The position numbers were made by a program, and so were the translations under genes. A stretch of DNA of 64,000 nucleotides from NCBI GenBank assembly GCA_937127245.1, contig CAKZLU010000017.1, forward strand, positions 3,452 to 67,451, read 5' to 3'. The number at the start of each line of letters is the position of its first letter. The first letter of the stretch is position 1. This document shows, in pieces, positions 18,938-30,428 of the stretch. The notes under the pieces were generated by a model that searched no databases, was not told the origin of the DNA, and saw only the letters and a program-made list of their open reading frames with translations. The DNA comes from an uncultured Actinomycetes bacterium (GTDB lineage Bacteria > Actinomycetota > Geothermincolia > Fen-727 > JACVIW01).

Positions 18938-21610
18938 TCATAACCCGTATCCAAACGAGATGTGCCCCCCTGTGATTCCCTTGTTGTAATTGAAATACAT
19001 CGGCCTTTCGACCACGATGGGCAGATCGGAGTTTACGACCACTCCGGCGTCCATGTTCTCCCCCAGAATGCGGTTGACCGAGAAAGTGCCGCGGGAGAAA
19101 GCCTCAACGCTGGCACTGGCGATTGTCCTGACACCATCGCTTCTTATGAAAGTTATCTCCAACCTCACCCTTTTGCCATTCGGGTTGAACACGCTTAGCC
19201 ACTCCTCGAAACCACCCTTACCCCAGCTCCTTGTTGAGCCTTCAGCGAAGTACGTCCTGCATCCGGCGCAAGGCAAGCCGAGGACCGCGTGACCTCCTGT
19301 CAATCCGTTGCGGTAATTGAAATATACGACCCGCTCCCCGACTATTGGTTCGCCGCTTGAAACCTTGATGGAAACATCGCGGTCGAATCCGATTTCTGCT
19401 GGAACGTGCACTGTCACGCGCCTCATCATGGGCACTATCACGTTTTTCCGAACAAGCTGACCTCCCTGAGAGTAGAAGGAGACGGTCGCGTGGGCATCCC
19501 TTTCGCCGGGATTCTGCAGGCACAGCCACTCATCAGCCCACCTGTAAGTGCATCCCTCCGCGAAGTAGAGTTCGTTTGAAGGATTCCTCGCCCCGAGCGC
19601 GCAACTTCCCCCATCCCAGTCCCTACCGTATTTGAAATAGACGGAGCGTTCGGCGACAACAGGAACGGTGCTTGCAATGCGTATACCGAAATCCTTCTGT
19701 GCCCCGAGAACCTGGTTCAAGTTCATCGTATTCCTCGAGAGCGGGGGTACGGTCAGCCTCTTTCCAACCGGGGCTCCGCTCGCCATCAATAACTCCACTT
19801 TCACTTGAGCGCTTTTCTCGGTGGGGTTCAGAACGCAAAGCCTGGTCTCGAAAGCGGTTCCGTCTCCTGTATGCCTGGTCGTCCCTTCAGCGAAATACCA
19901 CTTGGAGGAAGGTTCAGGCGCGCCAACAACAGCGTGTCCTCCGGTCCATTTGTTGCGATAGTTGAAGTACATGACCCTTTCTGCAACCACGGGCTTGTTA
20001 GCTTCAACAATCGCGGATACATCTTTCTGAAGACCTATGTCGCTTGCCACATCTATCGTGAGCCTCGTGTTTCCCCACATCCTGTACAACTTGCGCATCG
20101 GACTCGAACCCCCGGACACAAGGTAGGTCACTGATAGACTCACGTTCTCCTTGTTCGGATTCAATACTGAAATCCACTCGTAGAATTTCCCGTCGGTTTT
20201 ATTCCTCCGGGTGGTCCCTTCAGCGAAATAGTAAGTTCGGGAAAGACCCGGCATGAAATGGACTTTGTTTGAGCTCCCATAAGAAGTGACAACATACACC
20301 TCTCCCTTGCGGGCGCCTTCCGGGACGCTCAAGACAATCTCTGAAGATGACCAGGTAATAGTATCACCACGCCTTACTCTTATTCCGCAGAACGAGACGT
20401 ACGATTCCGCGCCAGAACCCGCAAGCGCGCTCTCCGTCGGGAAGGAGCCGAGGATTCTTACCCTCGCGCCGATATGGGCGCTTGCAGGCTCTATCCCGTC
20501 GATCCAGGGACCAACCGGGTGTTTCCAAACTTGAAACCCGTAAGGGTTGCCCGTCCCAACAATGTAGTTATTTTTGAAAAGATAGGGTATGAGTATTATG
20601 TTGTTCGGATCGCCAAGACCAGCCTTGCCCCACTGCACGAAACCACCCTGAGCAGATGGTTTGTATAGGACGCCCGTCCCAGATGGACCATTTTTACCAA
20701 AGCCCAGCACTGAAAAGTAAGGCTTATTATTCATAACCACAGGAAGAATAACTGAACTCTCCTTAATGTTAACCCCCGTTTTCACCTTGACCCATGTCCT
20801 TCCGTCATACCTCCACAGCTGAGCACCTGCTGGATTGGCGGTCCCCGCGTATAGGAAATCCTTTGAAGCAGACATGAGAAAACAATCCACGTTTTGTTGC
20901 TCACCGAAGCCAGGCTGAGCGGTCTGTTTCCAAACTCCACTCCCCTCATAGCACAGTGGGATCATCATGCCCGCACCCTCTAATCTTGCGACGAGATGTA
21001 TTTTCCCCTTGTACATAGCGGGGATACAAATCCCGGTGGCGCCCACGCCAAATCCGTCTTCGTTAACTCTCGCAAACTTACTGCCATCGAACGACCACAC
21101 CTTCGCACCGTATTCCCAGTCGCCAACACCGATCAGGAGCCTGTCATTCTGAACCCCGAGCGGATAACATTCACCCCTTGCCGTATCGATTATTCCCTTG
21201 CCTATGTTTTCCCAATTCTTCCCATCCTTTGTGCGCCACAATTGAGCTCCACTGTACCTCGTGGTCGTTCCGCAGTAGAAGTAGCCCTTGTAAACAGGTC
21301 CGGGGAAAAACGCGATGTTGTTCTTGTCCCCGAAGCCATCGGTCGCCGCTTTTTTGAAGCTTATCCCATCGTATTTCCAGATAGGCACCGTTTTGGCGCT
21401 TTCGTCTTCTGAGCCGGGCACCATAAAATAAAGACCGCCATTGAACTCGGTAATCGGGAACATCATGGGGATTTCAGGGTTATCTATACCCTTATCCGCG
21501 ATCTTCTTCCACGGCTCGCTCGCTGGTGCTTCAGCCAGGAATACGCAAGAAAAAGACAGGCTTGAAGCGAGAAAGATAGCATAGAAAATCCAGAAATTTG
21601 ACCGCTTCAT
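18938..21610 (-). CDS. large secreted protein: propeller-like repeats + IPT/TIG + four YFAEG repeats (DUF5719-like)
   Basis: Signal peptide MKRSNFWIFYAIF; repeated G-F-G-D-x-x-N and GAQLWR units; IDGIEPASA..GARVRILG IPT; YYFAEGTT, WYFAEGTT, LYFAEGCT, TYFAEGST repeats. Confidence 0.8.
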   Translation of the reverse strand: MKRSNFWIFYAIFLASSLSFSCVFLAEAPASEPWKKIADKGIDNPEIPMMFPITEFNGGLYFMVPGSEDESAKTVPIWKYDGISFKKAATDGFGDKNNIAFFPGPVYKGYFYCGTTTRYSGAQLWRTKDGKNWENIGKGIIDTARGECYPLGVQNDRLLIGVGDWEYGAKVWSFDGSKFARVNEDGFGVGATGICIPAMYKGKIHLVARLEGAGMMIPLCYEGSGVWKQTAQPGFGEQQNVDCFLMSASKDFLYAGTANPAGAQLWRYDGRTWVKVKTGVNIKESSVILPVVMNNKPYFSVLGFGKNGPSGTGVLYKPSAQGGFVQWGKAGLGDPNNIILIPYLFKNNYIVGTGNPYGFQVWKHPVGPWIDGIEPASAHIGARVRILGSFPTESALAGSGAESYVSFCGIRVRRGDTITWSSSEIVLSVPEGARKGEVYVVTSYGSSNKVHFMPGLSRTYYFAEGTTRRNKTDGKFYEWISVLNPNKENVSLSVTYLVSGGSSPMRKLYRMWGNTRLTIDVASDIGLQKDVSAIVEANKPVVAERVMYFNYRNKWTGGHAVVGAPEPSSKWYFAEGTTRHTGDGTAFETRLCVLNPTEKSAQVKVELLMASGAPVGKRLTVPPLSRNTMNLNQVLGAQKDFGIRIASTVPVVAERSVYFKYGRDWDGGSCALGARNPSNELYFAEGCTYRWADEWLCLQNPGERDAHATVSFYSQGGQLVRKNVIVPMMRRVTVHVPAEIGFDRDVSIKVSSGEPIVGERVVYFNYRNGLTGGHAVLGLPCAGCRTYFAEGSTRSWGKGGFEEWLSVFNPNGKRVRLEITFIRSDGVRTIASASVEAFSRGTFSVNRILGENMDAGVVVNSDLPIVVERPMYFNYNKGITGGHISFGYGL

Positions 21611-22189
21611 ATGACCACTCCGATCTCGCCTCTGAACTTCTGTCTTGCGGCGACACACCTCTGCTTCAAAGCATTTTTGCTCACATAAGATAATTCGGCA
21701 TTTAGACTTCATTTCTTTTCCCGTTAGCGCTATTTACCGATAATCACTTTAAGGCTCCCCTACACGTCTTCCCGTAAGAGAGGTATTCGCGCGTGGAGGT
21801 GAAAACGAATCAGCGGGTGATAATAGGAATCATCCTTTTTCCTTCAAAAGACGAAGACATTTCCCCAATTCTGCCTGTTAATTCATCTATTGGAAATAGT
21901 AAACATTCTTCTTCCTTAAAAAGACGGGGCTCAAAGCATGTGAAGGTGAAGAGATATATCCACCACGCTCACGACGGTCTGGTACGAGGCACTAGGCATG
22001 TTAGGGTGAATATGAATGGGTTCACGGTTATGCCCGTTTTGGACACAAGAAACCGAGTAGGACCTCACAAAACCGCATCAACCTGTTAAATATAAATACT
22101 TACCTTAGTTTCCCCGCCAAAAGAGCGAGTATGACGAAGAAAATCCGCGCCCTGAGCTTCGCGTCATTCCCTAAGCGAAAAACTTCTTA

Positions 22190-23905
22190 CATATCGGAAC
22201 TCCTTTCGAGCCTCTGCTCAATCTGATAAGGCGTATACTCAGAATTCTGCGATTTAACAAGCGCCGCAGTCATCGGGCACGCCATGGAAGTGCAGAAGAG
22301 AAAGTCATAATCTCGTGGATGGGAAAGATTGTTCAGAATCAAAGTATAGGTGAGCGTCGTGGAGATAATACTCGAACCGGGCGCGGAGACGTCAACGCTT
22401 GCGTTGAAAGCTGAAAAATCGGTTTTCTAATCCCGATTTGTGGTGGCGCCAACCCCTGTCACTTTTTCGCGGCAAGCCAGATAATTCATGACCGAATTAC
22501 AGGTATTTCCCGACGAGGCCAGGACAACAACCGCTCGATTGTGAGCGTAATCGACCGCATACTGGAGCGCATGGGAAAAGGATGATGAGCCGAGAGTCAT
22601 ATTCAAAACATTTGCACCGTTATACGCTGCATGGAAAACAAGCCAAACCAATATCCGCTACGCTGCCCGATCCATTTGAGCCAAGACCTTTAGCGTCATT
22701 ATCCTGGCGCTTGGACAGATACCAGCAATTGTCGTCATGTTATCAGTCTCGGCAGCGATTACGCCCGCGACATGCGTTCCATGTGGGCTCTCATCCAGGG
22801 GGTTAGAGTTAGGATTTGACCTCAACCAAAGGTCTGAATAAGGAACATTTTACCAGGTGGATCTTCATTGTATACAAACTGTTCTCCCCCAGCATACTTG
22901 TCAGCAGCGGCAACCATGCCCACCGTAATGAGGTATTGGTAATAATTGCTTGTGTTCAGATAGTTTATGGAAATTACAAGAAAATAAGTGGTGCCGTTCT
23001 GAAGAGTAACGGAATTTGAAAACTCTTTGTATACTTCAGTCAACGAATACCCCCCTTCGGATGCAGAAATTGAGAATGAGGCAAGGTCTGAACCCGCAAG
23101 ACTGGACCTAACGGAAACAGTAATTTCAGAGGTGGGATTGCTGATCTTTCGAAAACGGAAGCCGGCATGGGTGAGGGCCTGACCCGTGCCGGTTATTGAC
23201 TGCGCGACCATCTGGCTGTTCGCATCAGATCCGCAATTAAAATAACCGACACTTGATGTCAGGAATATGGCAAACCAGTTATATCCAGGAACAATTTTGG
23301 AATCCAATTCCGGATGGCTCGGGTCAATTCCAGTATCTATCACCGCAACCATGGGTTGTCCGGCGCTACCATCTTCAGAGTTCCAAGCTTCCAGCGCATC
23401 AGTATCGGAATCAAATGTCCCGCTGACCCCTTGTATCGTCTGATCCGCATTCCTTAAACCCCATTGATTGGGCAGTTGAGGATCATTCGGAGTGTGAAAA
23501 ATTGTCACTATATAATTTAGTTCTGCGTATTCCATGAAAGGATTGCCCTTGAGAAGCTTCAAGGCTTCGCCCACAGACGTGTCAGTTTTCAGTCAGTAGA
23601 GTTGAACTCTATCACTACCCTTTTGTCCGATATTTCTAAGCACTGAGCGAACGCGAGCAGTGTTCTTCGCTGAATCCTTGTCTTCCTGCGGAGTGTCTTT
23701 TCTGAACTTAATGATATCCTGAACTTGATGATTATTTCTCCCGGGGCATATTCCTCGGCTGATAGGGAGAATTTTGCCGCTTGCACACGGTATTTGACTG
23801 CTCAGGTATTTTGAGAAGCCGCCTCCGCGCTTTCCACCCCAAGCACATTGAAAAATAAGCAAACCATGAGAGATAAGGCGCTAAGAAGGGAAATAGCCCG
23901 GGCAT
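22190..23905 (-). pseudogene. degraded S8 subtilase paralogue (frameshifts, in-frame TAG, truncated); ends approximate
   Basis: EYAPGEIIIKF, TPNDP..QWGL, VIDTGID, HGTHVAG, SSGN, VDVSAPG, CTSMACP spread over several frames; TAG at 22427. Confidence 0.85.
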
Positions 23906-24125
23906 TGGTCAGGACAATTTCTTGTTTCGAAAAAGTTTCAATTATTTTCCATTCACTAAAAATCTTTGACCCTTATATTTTTTCCTTTTGATTATCGCAT
24001 TGGTTTCTCCCTTATTCTTCATACATAATTAGAAACGAACCTGCGTGGCCTTAGAAACACCCGTTCCCCCTGGTATTTTTCATTTTCGCGCGAACACCCC
24101 TTTTGCCCAGATTGCTCGTGCTAAC

Positions 24126-25091
24126 TCACAGTTTGCACCCGCATCTGCTACAGAAAAGGCTTGCTGGCAAAACCTCCGCTCCGCATCCTGGACAGAATTT
24201 TGCCGTGGGTTTCTGAAAGTCAGGCGCCTTTCCCGGAACCCAGGGCGGGACAAGTCTTTCAGAGGTCTCAGGGATTTTCGCCGTGTAAGAAGGGGGCTTG
24301 AGACCTTCTTCCTCCACTATGGCCTGCGCTTTTGCGCCCTTCTCTCCCCGGTCAACACGGTCTGCGGGATCCTCCAGCCCGCCGGTTCCTCCGGTTTTCT
24401 CTTCTGTTTGAGTAGCGGGAATAAGGGCTTCCTTAGGTTTCTTGAACCTGATAACAGCGAAGGAAAACCCGCCGAGGAATAAAAGCGTGAGGAGCCCCGA
24501 GAGAATCGAAAGCAAATTTTTATTTTCGGCAAAAAAGCCGTAATCAACGTCGTAAGGAGTCAGCTCATAATTAATAGATTTTCTTTTCTCATTGTAAACA
24601 ACGTCTTTTGTTCACGCGGGGAGTATTACCTCCCTTACTTTCATCACCGGCAAAACGAGGTGAAGCGTTAAATCTCCCCTTCCCAAAAATTTTTCAGAGA
24701 ACTCGAGCCTGTTTCCGGATGTCGATTTCGGCTTGACAGGAAAATCTGGTATCTCCCAGTAATCTTTCCGTTTGTACGCGAATCCGGGGCAAGTGTAGCT
24801 GACGAGCACCGCCCGCTCATCCTCATCAAGAACCGCTTTTGGGTTTTTGAACTCCTGAAAACTTTCACAGCCAGTATATTTTCTTGTCAGGTATTCTGGG
24901 TGTCGCGAGCATATTCTCTTAACAGCCCTGAAGAGCGATTCGGACAGGGTGAATTTTCCGGTTATTTTCGCGACACCGAGAATGTCAACAATTATGCTGT
25001 ATTTAAGCAGAACCTGAACATCTTCTTCAGAATCGCTTAGCGCGCCCTCAAGGGAAACAAGCGCCAACAAAAATGCAATTATCATCAACAA
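24126..25091 (-). pseudogene. secreted/single-TM protein with C-terminal zinc ribbon; in-frame TGA at 24612 and a frameshift at ~24515
   Basis: Signal-like N-terminus, TM helix LLTLLFLGGFSFAVI, C-terminal FCPGCG..FCSRCG. Confidence 0.6.
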
Positions 25092-25156
25092 CGCTCAAAA
25101 AACTACCGCATAATAAGCGCGTGTATGAGTTTTTTTCGTGGGAATTTCAAATGGTA

Positions 25157-26240
25157 TCACCACGGTGGAACAACCCCCCTCCTCCACCAGAGCTCAAGGT
25201 CGATCCAGGTTTGCGGGTAATTCTCATCATCGTTCAACTCGTCTTTTGCATACTCAATAGCCTGTTCGGGACCGAAGATGTCCCCATACTCTACTCCTGT
25301 CGATTCAATTGGCACTATATCGCCGCTCTCCGGAAGCTGTATTGCGGGCAGAGCATGACCGGGTATGAAGATGACGTAAGACTTAACTCCTACTGCCTCC
25401 ATCATGGATGCTACACACAGCAATATCAAGGCACGTACCAGCTTTTCTGTTTATGGTGTCCTTCGGGTATTGGACGTACTGTGCCGCCTCCCCGCCCAGA
25501 AGGCGTAAGGCTCGTGGACGTATCTCACACGGTGGACATACAGTGTGCGATAAACAGCGCAAAGAGCCTCAATCGCCTCCTCATCGCTCGAGGAAGGCGC
25601 AAGTCCCCCTGTGGCAAGCTACGCAAAAGACTTTGTCGTCTCCTCGTTCGGCGTGCAGAACGCCGCGACGAAGGGATAATTCTCGTCCCTGTCTGCCGCT
25701 GTGACCTTGTCCTCCTCGCGAAGTGATGAGAACGTGTAATCGTTTCTTCCGAGAAAGAATATCTTGTGGCGCTCCTCGACGGGCTTGGAAAGACCTCTGT
25801 ACTCGTGTTTTATCACAAATTCCGCCGGGGTTCTCGTTGTTATACCCATCACCTTTTCGCCGGCGAACACCGGGTAATAAAAGTCACGCATGGTCTGCCC
25901 CGGAATTATCTCGGGGTAAGTGTCGTTCGAAGTCCAATCAGTGTAGCCAATCACCCGGTATGAAAGCTTCAAATCATAGACGGGAATCTTCCCCATGTTC
26001 TTGATTACTGTTTTCCCAAGCCAGAAACTCCAGGTATCATCACCGTACACCTTGTACGCGCACGTAAGTATCTTCTCCCGAGATTGCAGCTCAAATTCTA
26101 ACCTGACCTTGGACGGGTCATACGAAGCGCCAGCTCGCGTGAGCATGAAGCTGAAAAACCCGAGAGAGCAGCGACAAAGACTCCCGCATAAAACCGCTGG
26201 GCCGATAAAAAGCTTTTTTTGCCGAGGTTAGCCGACAGCC
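25157..26240 (-). pseudogene. secreted transglutaminase-like (Cys-His) protein; in-frame TAG at 25619 plus frameshifts
   Basis: Reconstructed QYVQYPKDTINRKAGTCLDIA..ASMMEAVG..IPGHA..PIEST; AAGGAGG RBS near 26245. Confidence 0.7.
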
Positions 26241-26716
26241 CCTCCTTTGAGATAAAAAGGGCAAAGCACGCTTCTTTAATAGCGGGGTTTGTACAGTTTG
26301 CCGGAACGCATCGTATAAACCTCTCTGCGTCAGAAATGCCGCAACCAATGAACCAGCTTCAATTCATTTTATAATCTTCGCAAGAATCCCAACAGATAAA
26401 AATAGATTCATAAGCTTTCCTGAAGAAGGTCCAATCCGCTCTTCCTTGGAACCTAAACCCGCCTCCAAAAGCAAGAAAACGGGAAGAGGGCGATAACAAT
26501 CCACATGTTAAGATCGCATCCGAGCGTGGTGCGCTGGAACAGAACTTTAAAACAAACTGATTGGAAGAAACCAAATAAAACTCCCGGTCACAATGTGCCG
26601 TTGAGATAAGTGGAGGCAAGCATAAGCAAAAAATTGCTCCTGATTTGAGAATGAGGAATAAAGCCCCGGGAAAGAACATAACAAATTGCCGAGAAAGAAT
26701 CGCCCAACATTTGCTA

Positions 26717-26745
26717 TTGACCCTGTTTTGGGGCTGTGCTATTGT
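26717..26745 (+). promoter_or_regulatory. sigma70-type promoter of the acyl-CoA dehydrogenase operon
   Basis: TTGACC, 17 bp, TATTGT with an extended -10 TG, ~100 bp upstream of ATG 26843. Confidence 0.6.
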
Positions 26746-26842
26746 GCATTTCACTTCATAGGACGTCTCGGTTCAAATTGGAAAAATACATCTAACGCGT
26801 CCGTAACGTCGAGGGTCAGTGACAATTCTTAAAGGTGAAAAA

Positions 26843-28027
26843 ATGGTATCACGCACTCAATCGGAGGGAATCAACTTCGAACTGACCCCGGAGCAGCAAA
26901 TGGTCCAGAAAACGGCTGCCGATTTTGTCGATAGAGAGATCCTTCCGAAAATCACGGAACTCGACCGAAAGCACATCCTGAGTTTCGACATAATCCGGGG
27001 CATGGCAAAACTGGGGATGCTCGGCGCCCCGATACCCGAGGAGTACGGGGGCTCCGGACTTGATTTCATCGCCACCGCTTTGATTTGCGAGGAGATCGAG
27101 CGAGGAGACGGGGGATTTAGAACTCTGCTTTCGGTACATCTTGGTCTCAATTCACTTACACTTCTAAAATTCGGCACCGAGGACCAAAAGCGGAGATATC
27201 TCATAGACCAGGCGCGCGGCGATAAGATTGCATGTTTCGGGCTTACGGAACCTGGCGCGGGCTCTGACGTGGCGTCAATCGAGTCAACCGCGCGAAGGGT
27301 CGGTGATCGCTATATTCTAAACGGACAAAAGACATGGATTTCTTACGCGAACGTGGCGGACCATTTCCTCGTCTTCGCCAAGACAGACAAGAACGCCAGT
27401 CACAGGGGTATTTCCGCCTTCCTCTTGGACCGCTCAATGGAAGGTATAGAAACAAGGGACATAGAACACAAGCTCGGGGTTTGGGCGGGCTCCACCGGTG
27501 AGATATTCTTGTCAGACGTGGAAGTACCCGTGGAAAATCGCCTGGGGGAAGAAGGCGAGGGATTCAAGATAGCGATGTACGCGCTCGACATGGGGAGGTT
27601 TACGGTCGCGGCAGGGGCGCTTGGGACCATCCGCGCCGCTCTTGATGCGTCAATAAAATATGCCAATCAAAGAATAGCGTTTGGAAAACCCATCGGTCGA
27701 TACCAGTTCATTCAAGAGAAAATAGCCGAAATGGTGAGGGGACTTGAAACATCCCGACTTCTCGTATACAAGGCGGCATGGCTTAAGAACAAGGGAGTTA
27801 AAAATACGCTTGAAACCTCTCTTGCCAAATGGCATGCGACGGAGTGCGCGTTCAACGCGGCTCACGCGGCGGTGCAAATACATGGTGCCTACGGGTATTC
27901 GGCCGAGTATCCGGTCGAAAGAATTTTCCGCAACGCGAGGGCTCCTTTAATCTATGAGGGTACAACCGAAATTCACAAGATGATCCAGGCAGAACACGCC
28001 CTTGGATACCGGAAAGTCAACGGCTAA
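26843..28027 (+). CDS. acyl-CoA dehydrogenase (resembles non-decarboxylating glutaryl-CoA DH / short-chain ACAD)
   Basis: PEEYGGSG, FGLTEPGAGSD, LNGQKTWIS, QIHGAYGY, IYEGTTEI. Confidence 0.93.
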   Translation: MVSRTQSEGINFELTPEQQMVQKTAADFVDREILPKITELDRKHILSFDIIRGMAKLGMLGAPIPEEYGGSGLDFIATALICEEIERGDGGFRTLLSVHLGLNSLTLLKFGTEDQKRRYLIDQARGDKIACFGLTEPGAGSDVASIESTARRVGDRYILNGQKTWISYANVADHFLVFAKTDKNASHRGISAFLLDRSMEGIETRDIEHKLGVWAGSTGEIFLSDVEVPVENRLGEEGEGFKIAMYALDMGRFTVAAGALGTIRAALDASIKYANQRIAFGKPIGRYQFIQEKIAEMVRGLETSRLLVYKAAWLKNKGVKNTLETSLAKWHATECAFNAAHAAVQIHGAYGYSAEYPVERIFRNARAPLIYEGTTEIHKMIQAEHALGYRKVNG

Positions 28028-28196
28028 ACAATTTGGCGCCTTAAGCTCTTTTTAATCGAGATGAAAACGCCTGGCGAAATGATATCTCTGCGGCAATAAC
28101 TTTAATCGTTCCAGGAACCGACTCGAACGCCTTTGCTCTTTTACAAAGCAATACAGCGAAAGGTATGGTCCGGCTCAGTTTTTAAAGGAGGGTATT

Positions 28197-28982
28197 ATGG
28201 AATTAGAAGACGTCATCTATGAGGTGAAGGACGGGATAGCCACAATCACAATCAACCGCCCCGAGCGCCACAACGCCTTCAGGTCAAAAACCCTCGACGA
28301 GCTAACCCAGGCTTTCGAGGCGGCGGAGGAAGACAGGACCGTCGGTGTGGTCGTTCTAACCGGCGCGGGCGAACGCGCTTTTTGCGCGGGTGGAGACATC
28401 TCGGAGATGGGCGCCCTCGATCCCCATGTTGGAAGAAAATTTCTGGGAAAGTGCCTGAAACTATCCAACACTATGAGGTCTCTTTCCAAACCGATAATCG
28501 CGGCAGTCAACGGCTATTGCCTGGGCGGAGGCAATGAGTTAAACCTCTTATGCGACCTGACCATCGCATCTGAAAACGCCGTCTTCGGTCAGACGGGACC
28601 GTCGGTGGGGAGCGCGCCCATCTGGGGAGGAACTCAGATGCTTCCACGCGTTGTCGGCGAAAAGAAGGCAAGGGAAATGTGCTTCCTTTGCCTGCGATAC
28701 ACGGCAGAGGAAGCGGAGAAAATGGGGCTTTGCAATAAGGTCGTCCCGCAAGAAAAACTGATGGAAACGGCGCTGGAGTGGGCAAACAGAATTCTTGACA
28801 TGAGCCCGCAATCGATAAAACTCACGCGAACCTCAATGAACTTTGAATCAGACCTCCTATACAGTTCATTCACGCATGGACGTGAGATGCTCGCGCTCGC
28901 CTACGGCTCGGAGGAGCTGACCGAGGGGATGAAATCATTCGAAGAGAAGCGCAAACCAGATTTCCGAAAGTTCAGGAAGTAG
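28197..28982 (+). CDS. crotonase of the BadI/MenB clade (2-ketocyclohexanecarboxyl-CoA hydrolase-like)
   Basis: NRPERHNAFR, AFCAGGD, GGGNEL..LCDLTIA, FGQTGPSVGS, RVVGEKKARE; AAGGAGG RBS. Confidence 0.85.
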   Translation: MELEDVIYEVKDGIATITINRPERHNAFRSKTLDELTQAFEAAEEDRTVGVVVLTGAGERAFCAGGDISEMGALDPHVGRKFLGKCLKLSNTMRSLSKPIIAAVNGYCLGGGNELNLLCDLTIASENAVFGQTGPSVGSAPIWGGTQMLPRVVGEKKAREMCFLCLRYTAEEAEKMGLCNKVVPQEKLMETALEWANRILDMSPQSIKLTRTSMNFESDLLYSSFTHGREMLALAYGSEELTEGMKSFEEKRKPDFRKFRK

Positions 28983-29039
28983 GAATATGTTAAGCCGAAC
29001 AGGCGGAAGGCTACTGCTGGTTTGAACAAGGAGAGCCAG

Positions 29040-29894
29040 ATGGATTTTAAAAAGATTCTCGTGGTCGGAGCCGGAGTGATGGGAAGAGGAATCGCCCAAG
29101 TATTCGCAAGCCGCGGATATGAAGTTTTATTGATGGACATCTCAAAGGAGTTAGCGAAAAAGGGTGTTGAGAACATAGAAAAATCGCTAAACCACGCGGT
29201 GGAAAAGGGGAAGATCGAAGCGAGCATGAAGATGGAAATAATAGGAAAGATCACGCCCACCTCAGACTGGTCACGCGCTGCGGAAGCCGATTTTGTGGTT
29301 GAAGCGGTATTCGAAGACTTGGAAGTGAAAAAGGAGGTCTTTGCAAAGCTTGACGAAACCTGCCGTCCGGAAGTCATCATTGCCACCAATACTTCCTCTC
29401 TACCCATAACCCCAATTGCCTCCGCGACCAGAAGACCGGATAAAGTCATCGGTATGCACTTTTTCAATCCGGCACCGGCAATGAAACTTGTTGAGGTAAT
29501 ACGGGGACAGCTCACAAGTGATGAGACATGCCGGACAGTGGTCGAACTTGCAACCCAGCTCGGCAAGACTCCTGTTGAAGTGAACGATTGGCCTGGCTTT
29601 GCCATGAGCCGCATTTTCTGCGTGATGATCAACGAGGCCATATTTTGCCTATATGAGGGGGTGGGCACTCCCGAGGCAATAGATAATGTAATGAAACTCG
29701 GCGCCGGTCACCCCATGGGACCCCTCGAGGTAGCCGACCTGCTTGGTCTTGATATTGTCCTGCATATAATGGACATTCTCTACAAAGAGTTCGGCGACCC
29801 CAAATACCGAGCCTGTCCGCTTTTAAGAAAAATGGTTGCCGCGGGGCAGTTGGGAAAGAAGAGCGGGAAGGGATTTTATACCTACAAGCAATAA
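29040..29894 (+). CDS. hbd: 3-hydroxybutyryl-CoA / 3-hydroxyacyl-CoA dehydrogenase
   Basis: GAGVMGRGIA, EAVFE, TNTSS, GMHFFNPAP, GHPMGP, GKKSGKGFY. Confidence 0.93.
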   Translation: MDFKKILVVGAGVMGRGIAQVFASRGYEVLLMDISKELAKKGVENIEKSLNHAVEKGKIEASMKMEIIGKITPTSDWSRAAEADFVVEAVFEDLEVKKEVFAKLDETCRPEVIIATNTSSLPITPIASATRRPDKVIGMHFFNPAPAMKLVEVIRGQLTSDETCRTVVELATQLGKTPVEVNDWPGFAMSRIFCVMINEAIFCLYEGVGTPEAIDNVMKLGAGHPMGPLEVADLLGLDIVLHIMDILYKEFGDPKYRACPLLRKMVAAGQLGKKSGKGFYTYKQ

Positions 29895-30428
29895 CTAATT
29901 TTCATAAAGGATAAAGTAGGAAAGTTGGAAAAGAAAAGCGTGAAGGGATTCTATTCCTACCGTTAAGCTTCCAAATAAGGCTGGAAAGACAAGGGCCCGT
30001 CAAGGAACAGCACTTTCCGGGCAGTGCCGCTCATGGTCGCAAGAAATCGTGGTACTGAAAAAAGGATTGGCCTATCCCTAAAATGCTTAGGGAGATCCAA
30101 AGACTATTCTTTCGTGAGCTCCAGTCGGTAACCTCGAAGGAAATAAACCGGACGGGAAGACTTTATCTGAAAAGTTCGCACTTTCATAAGGAAAAACACG
30201 TTTGCGCTTGGCATTCTTCTTTCAGATGAGGCGCGAAGACTCAATCCGAATACCGTGTCCACCTGTTTAAATGAGCGAGATTGAGAAACGCTTTTTCTTG
30301 TACCAATAACGTTTCAAGTTCTCCTCTTTCTTCCTCTCAAATCTTTAAGTAAGTCTCTAAGCGAAACCAACACTGTCTGTGGACAAGCATTACCTATAAA
30401 ATAAAGAAAAAACTCCGGGGTCTTAAAA

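Noticed and set aside
28197..28982. menB gene symbol
   Set aside because: Beta-oxidation context and no men genes; BadI-like is at least as likely, so no symbol given
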